This document shows, piece after piece, positions 13,694-24,419 of a stretch of 64,000 nucleotides of DNA. Positions within the stretch are counted from its first letter, which is position 1; every line of letters begins with the position of its first letter. Under the pieces are notes generated by a model. It was not told where the DNA came from. It made no database searches and was given only the letters and a program-made list of their open reading frames with translations. The translations under genes were made by a program, and so were the position numbers. The stretch comes from Patellaria atrata CBS 101060. Taxonomy: Eukaryota. The DNA lies in assembly GCA_010093705.1 (NCBI GenBank), contig MU006115.1, positions 1 to 64,000 on the forward strand, written 5' to 3'.

Positions 13694-15271
13694 TCAAACA
13701 ACTCGCTTTAACATCCCTTTCTTTCGCTTTCCAGTAACATCTCTGCCCTCTTCGATCTGTATCAACGCCTCACGTTTTTTCTCCCCAACGGGTTTCAGTC
13801 CATCTCTGATGACCCTGGTTTGGATATTCACGTCTTTCTCATCATAAGTGTCTAGCTTTTTACCTACTCTTTCCTCTATTGCGAAAAGGAGATCCAGGTC
13901 TCGCTGTCCGAGTAAAGTAACCGCTTCACCCGTTCTTCCGGCCCTAGCCGTACGACCACAACGATGTATATAGTCATCTGGATCTCGGGGCACGTCGTAG
14001 TTGATGACAAGTGCAACTTCTGGGATATCGAGACCTCTTGATGCTACATCAGTAGCAACGAGTATACGGGCGGCTTTTGCGCGGAATCGAGCTAAGTTGT
14101 TGATTCTTTCTGACTGCAGAAGTTTTGAGTGCAGAGCTGTAACTCTATGCTCAAGTAGTCGGAGCATGTGTTCGAGGAGGTTGGCTGTATTAGTTCGATT
14201 ACAGAATATGATGACAGATCGGTTGATATTCGCAGGTGTGAGTAAAAGCACATGGAGGAAAGCCTCTTTATGAGTAACATTGACTTGGAGATACTTTTGC
14301 TGCAATGTGTCTGGAATCGCAAGTTCTTCAGTATCAACTTCAGAAACAAATACTGGCGGACGATTCTTGGGCCTTGGAATCTCTTTAAGAGCACGGACTT
14401 CGGGAGTTACAGTAGCAGTAAAGAGACATGTCTGACGGTCCGTAGATGGAGGTAGAACAGATAAGCAAGTTTCTACATCTGGAAGCATGCTTCCTTGTCC
14501 GGAAGCGAGAAGTCGATCTGCTTCATCAAGCACGATGAACTTAACACGTCTAAGACCGCAGATCGTGTCCTCTCCTGAGTTGATGATATGATCAGCTAAT
14601 CGTCCTGGGGTGGCAATGATAATGTGTGGCCTCTGCGACAGCTGGATCGCTTGGGTTCTCATATCATCTCCTCCCGTTATGAGGATGGGTTTCAATGACT
14701 GGGGAGCAGATATTGCCCTAAACTGCTCAAATATCTGAAGAGCTAATTCTCTGTATAAGTAGTTAGCTTACCGCTTATATAGACGTACTTCATTTACATA
14801 CCGAGTCGCGGTCAAAACTACAGCAAAGATTCCAACGGGATCTTCAGCCCACTTCTGAAGGATTGGGACAGCAAATGCCACTGTTTTACCAGATCCAGTT
14901 CGGCTGCCACCAATACAATCTCTTCCTTTTAGGATTTCAGGTATGCAAGATTTCTGGATACCTGTAGGTCTTTTGATTGCCATAGCTGATAAGGAGGCTA
15001 TAAGCCAAGGGGCTACACCAATGGAAGCAAAGCTCACATTATCATCAGTAATGATATTCTTCCTATCAAAATGGGAAGTATTTTTGGTTGTGATCTGCGA
15101 TGCAGTTGGGATGATTGATTTTGCCCCTTGAGCGACTTCATCATTTGAAGGTGATATCTTCCTCCGCTTCCTTGATACCTGAGCATCCACATCTATGAGA
15201 CTGTCGCTCTCACTGGCATTTGAGTCAGCTAATGTCTGCCGCTGTTTGGGCCGAATCAATGAAGGGGCCAT
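13694..15271 (-). CDS. DBP8: DEAD-box RNA helicase Dbp8 (40S biogenesis); intron 14751-14801
   Basis: Q motif, [52 protein letters not shown]. Confidence 0.93.
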
Positions 15272-18117
15272 GACGAGGTGTCTTAGTTACAGTATTCTTG
15301 CTTGCGGGAAAGCTGAGGATAGTCAATCAGATGGATATTCAGAGTCCTGTCTAGAAATCAGACGTCGTTCATTCTGAGATATGGTAGTCGCTCTGTAAAT
15401 TTTCAAATCGCTAAAATCAACCGAGGCTAATCCAAGGCACAAAAATTCCATCCAATTAGAATGCTAGTTTATCCCCAGGGTCTATCGTCCACTGTATCAT
15501 CCTTTAACCTACATCTCATACTCTTTCTGGAATTGATATTTCCCTTGAATTCGTGGAACTACAAATTTGATACTGATGGTCATCCTGAAACAGTTTTTCC
15601 AGCATCATGTTCAACCCAGGAAATCGTGCCAGCGTAGAGTCGCTTAATCATTCTGTTTAGACAAATCGTTGGCCGATTCCAAGCGCCGTCATCAAAATGT
15701 CACACTTCAAATTTCGCTTGCATCCTCGTACAAAACATAGCAACGCGGGATGGGAGTAAAAGGACTTCCAAAGTCTTCAATTCGGGTTGAATATTAGGAG
15801 CTTGAACTACGTTTGTGTTTCTGCCTTGATCCGACTAGAACTGTCATCTCCTCCGTCAATATTGCTATCCTCCACCTCCCAGAGGCTGGACTCGTCATCT
15901 CATATCGCTTCTGGATACGAACAGTACCACAGATTCCACATATGTCGTGCGTAATGCCCCCTCACCTTTCCCTTTCAACCGTGGTATTGGACATACTGTT
16001 ACCATTTACCAACCGTCGACCCTTGAATCCTGACGCAAAGGAGCATTAGCTCGGTCATTCTGATATTGCTTCTACTAAAGTAATATCAACATCTTACTAG
16101 ACGGCCTTTCTTTTGAGTCCGTAATTGTTCGGGTTAGAGTACCTGTGGTCATTTGGGTTTCCAGTACACGCTCTTCAAGCTTTTTCAGCCACCGAAGTTG
16201 TAATATATCTTCGAAGCATCCAACGTAAGCCGCATAATTAGTTTGTAACTTTTTCCGATTTTCCCTTTCTTACAAACGTCATTGAGCTCCCCCCCAACGA
16301 GAAGTTTTCAGAAAGGAACTATCGCTTTTCTAGGTCTTGTCCACCCCAAAGGTTTGAGGTCATGAGTGGGATGGGTGAGGGGCTTGTTGGTTTTTATCCC
16401 ACCGTCCTCCTACTTATTCCCGAAAGGGATCAACTATTCAAGTCCCGGTGCTTTTTCCTCCGGGATGTCGGGAAGCGATTTTACCTTTAGGCTTTTCCAC
16501 CAAGTCATTATCCACCGGAAGGTTGATGATTATTGGGGCGATGCTGTTGATCTTTGAGGGGGCCGCATCTAGCAGTGTTTAACATTATTGAAGTCGAACT
16601 GTGGAACAGAACCATGTGCTCCTATGAATGCGGTGCAAGGGAGAGGACTAGAAGGCTTAGCAAGGTAGGTTGACTTTCGTTATACAGTCATCGCGGTTCG
16701 GGAGGTACAGCATGAAGTCAAATGCGACGCTGGATGTACGCTTCTGTACCCAGTTGGTGGTAAATACTTGAGTAGTTGAAGCCACAAGTCGGAAAGTGCA
16801 GGCATATTGATTGAAATCAATACCCGACGGACGGTTCCTCTAGTGTTGGCCCAAGGTACCCCTTTCCCGGTGGGGTGGTACTGCTTGGGTCGAGAAGTTG
16901 AAGGTTTTGGTTTTGATGTCTATCATATCTTGTCTTCTCAGCCTTACATATCATGCTCGATAACTAACGGCCCGCGCATTGAAGGGCTTCTCAAGCGTTG
17001 TTGAAGTTGGAAAACGGAAAACGGTGCGATCAACTAGACTCTTGTAGGAGATTCTACAAAGATGGCCCCTGATCTTACGCCAATGAGAGCTGTGATCTTG
17101 TGGGGAGCGCAGCAGAGCGCTGGTTGTGTTGGCGCTTCTTGAAACAAAGCCGCCCAAAAAAGCCCCTAAAGCCCCTATGAGGCGTTGGTTCGTGCCTGCG
17201 GGATCATCAACCATCTCCAAAGTGACTCCACCACCAGCACCACACAAGGGCGGGCAAACGCTGCCACATCGAAGTCCGCCTTTATCTCCCCTAGTACGCC
17301 TAATAACTCACACAAACTTTCTCATTCTACCTCCTCGTTCACTCCGTCCTTTTACAACTTTTGCCCAGGTTGTTATAGACAACTGTCTGCAAGGAACCTC
17401 TCCTCCTCTCGCTTGGTTGCAGTTCTCCCCTTGTCCCACTTTGCTTTTCAGCACCTCTACAGAGCGAGACGTCTATCGACGTGCCACGACAGCAGGGCGT
17501 GATTGACTTGGTGCCTAGACTGCCTTGCATATACACCCAGAACGAACATACAAATTAAACCCCGAACTCTACCAGGAACGCTGTTGATCTTGTTCAGCAC
17601 CTCAATCTCGACAGGACCGCATCGAGTTGGGAGTTTGAGCGCATAGCTGTCCAGCCCACCAGTTCAGGCGTCCTACTAGACCCTCACGTACACCTTCTGA
17701 CTGTACATTTAAGAGTGGTTATCTGCTGAACCTTCAACATCGCTTTATATTCTTTGATCAGACATTCGACGTCTGTGTTCTACCTCCTTCCTTTTTCGAG
17801 CTCAGCCTAGGTCCCTCGGTTGAGCGCAAGATATCAAACTCGGAACACTCGAGCGCATAGAAAACACACCACCTTGTACAGGTTCAACTTGAAGACAGAC
17901 ACTAGAGAAAAGGAGGGAAATTTTACTCTTTATCGATCGTATATCTACCAAGAGAGAACAAGTAACATACGAGAAGTGTTGCCGCTGTATCGGTCTAGAC
18001 AAAGGGCTCTCAACGACCTAATCTAATTATTTTTGAACTCTCGGCTATCCTTGCAGATTGAGGCAAGAAAGTCAAAATAATAATACTTCAGCACCTAGCC
18101 CTCTTCCACGATCAAAT

Positions 18118-19717
18118 ATGGCCTCCCCCGTTCCTCTCCTGCGACCTCCAGTTCCGGGTGCGAGAAGCAACAGTGGCAGTCGCACGCCACGTCTGGGGCT
18201 TGCTATTCCCCCTTCACCAAACGTCAGACCCGTAATAAATGGTACCTCGAGCGATGCATCAGTACCGCAGTTATCACGACCCGCTCCACCCTCACTTCGT
18301 CTAGCAACGCCCATGGGCAGTAATACCACACCGCAAGAAAGGACACATGCACAAAGACTACCGCCCCTGGTGATTGGCACGGGATTGTCTGCGAGTGGTT
18401 CTAGCGATGCAAGTGCACATTCGAGATCAGGGAGCTTTGGGGAGAGCCTGGCAAATGGATCGGTATCTGCAGCCTCGTCCTATGGATTAAATTTCGGAAA
18501 TATGCTTGGACAACCCCAAGCTGGTGCAGATCCCTTATCAGCCGTAGGATCCGTATATTCCGCTGGCGGACGTAGTGACGGAAGCACAGCTATGGAGAGG
18601 GAAGGGAGTACAGGCCTTTTACCTGATTTAGAAAAACTCAGTCTTGAGAAGGGCAGACCGTTGGATGTGGAAGATCTCGATGATGCAGGATGGAGAGCGT
18701 CGAGTAAGGAGGGAAAGATCCTCGAATTGGGAAGTCTGGGCGAGGGAGCTGGTGGAGCCGTTACAAGATGTATTCTGAAAGGAGGAAAGACAGTATTCGC
18801 CTTGAAGGTCGGTACCCCTATTTTATCATCTTTAAAAGCCGATCTAATGTCAAATTCTAGATTATTACTACAAACCCAGATCCAGACGTGAAGAAGCAGA
18901 TCGTTCGTGAACTTAGTTTCAACAAAAACTGCGCGTCAGATCATATCTGCCGCTACTACGGTGCGTTCATGGATGATAGCACGGGTACCATCAGTATCGC
19001 CATGGAATTCTGTGAGGGTGGATCGCTCGATAGTGTGTACCGCGAAGTAAAGAAGCTCGGGGGTCGTACAGGAGAAAAAGTTTTGGGGAAAGTCGCAGAA
19101 GGCGTTCTGAATGGACTCACCTACCTACACAGCCATCGGATCATCCATCGGGACATTAAACCCTCAAATATCCTCCTTTGCCGCAATGGTCAAGTCAAGC
19201 TATGCGATTTCGGTGTGAGCGGTGAGTTCGGAACGAAAGGTGATGCCAATACCTTCATTGGTACAAGCTATTACATGGCTCCCGAGCGGATCACAGGGCA
19301 GAGCTACACCATTACTAGTGATGTGTGGAGTCTGGGTGTCACTCTCCTGGAGGTTGCGCAACATAGATTCCCATTCCCTGCGGACGGGACGGAGATGCAA
19401 CCACGAGCAGGTCTGATCGATCTGTTGACGTACATTGTACGACAACCAATTCCGAAGCTGAAAGATGAGCCTGAGAATGGTATCAAATGGACGGAGAACT
19501 TCAAGTATTTCATTGAGTGCTGGTAAGTTGGGAATTGTTTCCGCTAGTATATGACTTTGGGGCGGAAGGCTAACAATGTCACTTTAGCCTTGAGAAGGAA
19601 CCACCTAGACGGGCTACGCCTTGGCGGATGCTTGACCATCCGTGGATGATCGAAATGAAAGAGAAGAGAGTCAATATGGAGCACTTCCTTAAGCAAGTGT
19701 GGGATTGGAAACACTAA
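18118..19717 (+). CDS. MKK1: MAP kinase kinase of the cell-wall-integrity pathway (Mkk1/Mkk2/MkkA); introns 18808-18860 and 19523-19587
   Basis: LGEGAGGAV...[36 protein letters not shown]. Spliced C-terminus ends QVWDWKH, stop 19715-19717. Confidence 0.95.
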
Positions 19718-20227
19718 ACTCCCATCTTATCGAGCAATGTATGAAGCATGAAATATGGTATGGATGTCACGATTAGGACAAAATTTCAAATACCAGCTGG
19801 CTTTTTTGGGGATGATCTCTTTTTGAGAGATGATAAAGACTATTTTCTGGATACCTAGCTATGGTTCCAGGGTCCACGTGGGGAAGGGTGCACGTCTTGT
19901 GGACCAGGCATTTACGGCGTTCATGTTACTGCCCTTATCTGGTTTATTTTCTCTCGTCTTGACTGAACCGCAAGATTTCTTCGTGTATGGAACTTTTTCG
20001 TCAATTAATTTCATGGCTTTCACTCACACGTATCAAGATATCACCGTTAGCATCAATCGACTTCTTTGAGGACAAAATTGGTCAACGGAATTTATTGAGA
20101 GCTAAATCACATTGAAAATGACACCGGAGTAACCGTCTTTCTCCAGTACGCAACCCATTGTCAATTCTATATCATGTTGAGGAGCATAAAATTGTGTAAG
20201 AACAAAGGAAGTCTGTCATCGAGCCGA

Positions 20228-20681
20228 TTAAACGGCACCAGCCTCCTTGAGGAGCTCAGGAAGCTCTTGCTTTCGGCGTCTCAGATCAGAGTTTCCCCCA
20301 ATGTGCTTCTGGCCGATAAAGATGTTGGGCACGCTACGCTGGTTGGTAATGTCTTGAAGGGCATCTTGGAGGGCGGCACCATCCTCTATATAGGCGTTAG
20401 CAGCAGCTCCAAGAATGAAAACAGCTTACATTGCAGCTTGAGGATAGTGAGTTTACATACCGACTTGATCCATCTCGATGGTGTAGTACTTAGCTCCCAT
20501 CTCGGTGAGAAGAGCCTTGGTCGCTCTGCAGTATGGGCAGAAGGACTTGGAGAAGATGGCTGCGAGAAATCTGTTAGCAACACTGAAAGTTCCATACGGA
20601 TAAGAATCATCAGGAGAGTAACATACCGACAGCGTTGTCGTCGATGATCTGCTGAGCCTTGGTGTGTGCGGCAGAAGTCAT
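20228..20681 (-). CDS. GRX1: Dithiol glutaredoxin (CPYC); introns 20560-20626 and 20386-20460; missed by the ORF track
   Basis: Spliced product MTSAAHTKAQQIIDDNAVAIFSKSFCPYCRATKALL...QRSVPNIFIGQKHIGGNSDL...EAGAV*. Two GTATGT donors with CTAAC branch points. Confidence 0.95.
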
Positions 20682-21308
20682 GTTTGCTGCTGTTGGTCTT
20701 GTAGCTGATGTAGCTGAAGTTAAGAGTTGACGTAGGAAAGACAGGTTGGGCGATGGTTTGCTTTAAGGATAGGGAAAGAATAAAAAAAAGTATCCGCGGA
20801 CGGGAAAGAGGGGTTACTATATATGCTTGTGAATCTGGCTGCGCTGGCTTACAGATAGCTCTTGCTAAAGGGTTGGGTAGGGATGCTGCTGGAATGTCAC
20901 ACAGAAGTAGAGATGGAGGGTGAGTCGCACCTATCCGGATGATGCAATCGGAAATCCACTAGCTGCGCCGCATACGCCCCATAAACCTAAGAGATTTGAT
21001 TGATTAGGTTACGGTAAATCGCTTGCACGTGATTCCCTAGAATGGGGTCCGTCAGATCTCGCCCGCGGCAGAATCTCGGCATTAGAATGAGCGTCAACGT
21101 CAGTTTGAGGTGAAGGGAGAGTTGCATCTATTTCTTCTACGAATACGTACAGAATCGGATTATCAACATCATCTTTGAGCTTCTTTCACTCTTCCGTGGC
21201 ATCATATCATGGCGCGGTCTGTCTTTCTTGCTTGGTAATACCTTAAAGCTTTCTCCTTTATTGTAACTGCTGCTCCCTCACCGCCGAACGCTCCGCCGTG
21301 CCTCAATC

Positions 21309-23381
21309 ATGTCGTCGACCGCTGGCTCGTCCGTTTTCTTCCTCCTTTCCATCCTTGTAATCTGTCTATTGGTTCTGCTTCTCCTGCGGTACTACCTTCC
21401 ACTCCGCACGACCCCCGCATATCTTCTCGTCCCTGTCTTCCTCGCCATAGCTCTACCTGCGAGCATCATACTGCTGGTGCCTATTGACCTTGCCTCCAGC
21501 GCCGGAACAGACACGGGAGGCAGTAGGGGAATATGGTTACCAGAGAGAGTCTTGCTCGTAGAATGGAGAATATGCTACTGGCTCACGTTTATGTTGACCT
21601 GGGCAATATTGCCTCTGTTGGGAGAGTATGTTGACTCTGGGTATCGTGAGCCTAAGGCGCGATTACTATATTCGCTCCATCAGAATGGACGATATCAACT
21701 CATGGTGCTCACTTCGGCTGTCGTTGGAGGCGTATACTTCTTCTGGCAGTCCGGGTTTCATGTCACGAGCTTGAAAGCTCTAGTAATGGCGCTGGCATAT
21801 GCCTGGGGCTTAATTCTAGCTATCTATCTTATGGGCCATGGGCTAGTCGCCCTACCGCGCAGACTCTGGAGAAACGCAAGCATCAGTGGAAGATTGAAGA
21901 GACTACAGTCTCATGCCCCTGGTGTCCATGAGAAACTGAACGAGGCGACGGAGAAGTTAGAGGAATACGAACAACAGGTGCTATTACTACAGCAGAGGAA
22001 GAATGGCACTGCCCGAGAGTTCAAGGACTGGATCGATGAGTTAGCGGAAACATCACCAGATCCAGAAATCAGAATATCTTCAAGTGCGAACACAAGATCA
22101 TCGCCGACTATACCTGCCGTGATAACAGAACGTTACCTCGCGGACTTGGCGCGAAAATTGAAAAGGGCAAGACACAAAAAGATGCGCTTTGTGGATGAAT
22201 GGAATCGATTAGTCCAGCGTGCTACTGAGACTCGATTGATACTCGATTCTACCACGTCCAAACGTCTCGAATTCGGCAAGGCGTCCCCCAATGCGTTTTT
22301 CCTCGACCGATACTCTTTCTTAACTCCTTACACTCGCTATCATCTTCATACAAATGTCATACCCTCCCTTTACTACACCTCAGGCGTTTTACTTGGCCTT
22401 GCATCCGTGTCCATCATTTGGTCCGAAATCGTTAAAGCGCTCGACCCCAAACTATCCATCGTAGGCCTCACGGTCGTGCACCACCCACGTAGCGACCGCG
22501 GTCAAATTGGCTTCGCCGGTCAAGCTATCGCAGGTATGTGGCTCCTCTACATGGTCGCTGCAGCCCTCTTCAGCATCACCGAGGTCAAGGTCTGGGGCAA
22601 CCGTGCTCTCGTCCGCCGCGGGACTTACGGCGAAAGCGCCTGCTGGTACTCCCTTCAGGTTGCCAAACTCACCGTACCGCTCGCATACAACTTCATCACT
22701 TTCGTTCCACCGAGTATCTATAAACAAACCACATTTTACGCCTTCCTAGGCAAACTGATCAACCTCACCCCATTGGGGTCAGGCTTCTCAAACTTCTTCC
22801 CGATCTTCATCCTGGTACCAGTATGTGCGACCCTTTTCGGCCTCTACGCTAAGATTAAGAACACCTTTGGCTTCGGTGGAGGCGTCATGGACGAAGATGA
22901 AGACGACGCGAACCCCAACGGTCTCGGCACCGGCGGATGGCGTGAAGGTCGCGCGCTCATCGAGCGTGAAACTAGCTCCCATAACGGATCTACTCTTCGT
23001 CTCGCGACTCGGGATAATAGCCCCGCACCCTCGGCCTACAGGGATGATCCTACTGGTGAACCCTCTCAACCCGCTTCCAGGGTTATCGGGTCGGCGCCAC
23101 GACCACAGGCGAGAGCACCGAGGGAAAGACGGGAGAGAGGGAGGCAGCCGGTAAACTTGCCGAACGAGGAGGAGGGCGGCTTCTTTGGAGATTTTGCACA
23201 TAGAGTTAAGAATACGTTCGAGACTACTTTTGAAGGGGTGCAGAGACCGAGGTGGATGGGTGGGGAGGAGGATGGGGCTGGGAGAGGGATTGGTAGTGGA
23301 GGTGCTGCTGCAAGTGGAGATGAGGAAGGATTCAGCTTCCTGAAGCTTTTTGGTGGCGGCCAAGGCAGGGTTAGGTTATAG
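21309..23381 (+). CDS. LMBR1-domain membrane protein (LMBRD2-like)
   Basis: 690-aa ORF with five N-terminal TM segments, LVPIDL, WAILPLLGEYVDSG, GHGLVALPR, a coiled-coil loop and further TM segments. Confidence 0.9.
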   Translation: MSSTAGSSVFFLLSILVICLLVLLLLRYYLPLRTTPAYLLVPVFLAIALPASIILLVPIDLASSAGTDTGGSRGIWLPERVLLVEWRICYWLTFMLTWAILPLLGEYVDSGYREPKARLLYSLHQNGRYQLMVLTSAVVGGVYFFWQSGFHVTSLKALVMALAYAWGLILAIYLMGHGLVALPRRLWRNASISGRLKRLQSHAPGVHEKLNEATEKLEEYEQQVLLLQQRKNGTAREFKDWIDELAETSPDPEIRISSSANTRSSPTIPAVITERYLADLARKLKRARHKKMRFVDEWNRLVQRATETRLILDSTTSKRLEFGKASPNAFFLDRYSFLTPYTRYHLHTNVIPSLYYTSGVLLGLASVSIIWSEIVKALDPKLSIVGLTVVHHPRSDRGQIGFAGQAIAGMWLLYMVAAALFSITEVKVWGNRALVRRGTYGESACWYSLQVAKLTVPLAYNFITFVPPSIYKQTTFYAFLGKLINLTPLGSGFSNFFPIFILVPVCATLFGLYAKIKNTFGFGGGVMDEDEDDANPNGLGTGGWREGRALIERETSSHNGSTLRLATRDNSPAPSAYRDDPTGEPSQPASRVIGSAPRPQARAPRERRERGRQPVNLPNEEEGGFFGDFAHRVKNTFETTFEGVQRPRWMGGEEDGAGRGIGSGGAAASGDEEGFSFLKLFGGGQGRVRL

Positions 23382-23758
23382 GGTTAATAGTGGAAGATTA
23401 AGGGGGCAGTAGGATAATGAGGTAAGGTGGGGCGAGAGATTAAGGTACGATGGTGAGGTGGACGGAGATAGAACTGGCGTTTTGATACCCTGTATAGAAT
23501 TGTGATCGTACCCGTAATGGAAGGAAGCTTGGACATATGCGTGCCTTCCAGCAGAAAATAAAGTTTAGAAATTTATTCACAACTTTAATTTAACCTCAAT
23601 GTTAGCTTTATAGTTTACTTCAACTCCTTCGTCGAGGTTTATTTCGTCTTCTGTGCGTATACATCCAATTGATACTTGGTGAAAAGTTTACTCCTTTGCC
23701 TTTAACTTTACGTTCCAGTGAATTTATCAAACATTCTCAGCCGACTCAATACCGAACC

Positions 23759-23793
23759 GGGGGGAGAAGAGGGGGGGGGGGGGGGGGGGGGGG
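23759..23793. repeat. G-rich tract ending in a homopolymer of more than 20 G
   Basis: Directly visible: gggggg-agaaga-(G)n. Confidence 0.95.
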
Positions 23794-24221
23794 AGTTGCC
23801 TAACTGATATCCGGTCTAACATAGTAAGTCAAACTTGAGCACTCGGATATCGATTCTTCTCCCATCCTTCTAAATTGGGATCAAGTGACATTGATGGATG
23901 CATATTACCGCAAACGTAAGTGGACTTATACACAAATGCTTATTTGCCAGCATCGAAGAGAAACCCAAATTTTCCATGCATAGTTTCAGATTTTCGGTAG
24001 GGGAAAGTTCGACGGTCGTCGAATACATCCTCCTTGTTCGTGAGCGGGTCGTGGTCTGTCTCTGTTGTTGGACGTTACGGTATGTGTAGCAGCGATTTCC
24101 GTATCGAAGTCAACCGTGCGGGCTTCTATTGTTCTAAGGGCTCTGGTGGTGGACATTACAATCTGCTGATTTTGTGCTGAGTTGTCATTATTGCTGTTTG
24201 CTAGCTATGATTGCTTGGGTG

Positions 24222-24419
24222 TTTCGTAGTCTGGTCATTTCGGACGGTTGGGTTGTTTTGGATAGTCCTGTTATCTGTTAAAATTTGATTGCTTTGCATA
24301 GTCTAGTTGACTCGTAAAGTCTGTCCGTTTCGTACAGCCTGGTCGTTTCGTACAGTTTGTCTATTTCGTACAATCTGTCCATATTTTACAGTCTGTCCAT
24401 TTCTTACAGTCAGTTCATT
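24222..24419. repeat. Degenerate 18-bp tandem repeat, about 11 units (6 well conserved at 24312-24419)
   Basis: Units tcgtaaagtctgtccgtt / tcgtacagcctggtcgtt / tcgtacagtttgtctatt / tcgtacaatctgtccata / ttttacagtctgtccatt / tcttacagtcagttcatt. Confidence 0.85.

Noticed and set aside
20174..20647. 157-aa + strand ORF
   Set aside because: It is the antisense shadow of the spliced glutaredoxin gene.
24222..24419. CRISPR array
   Set aside because: Eukaryotic sequence, and the units are head-to-tail with no unique spacers.
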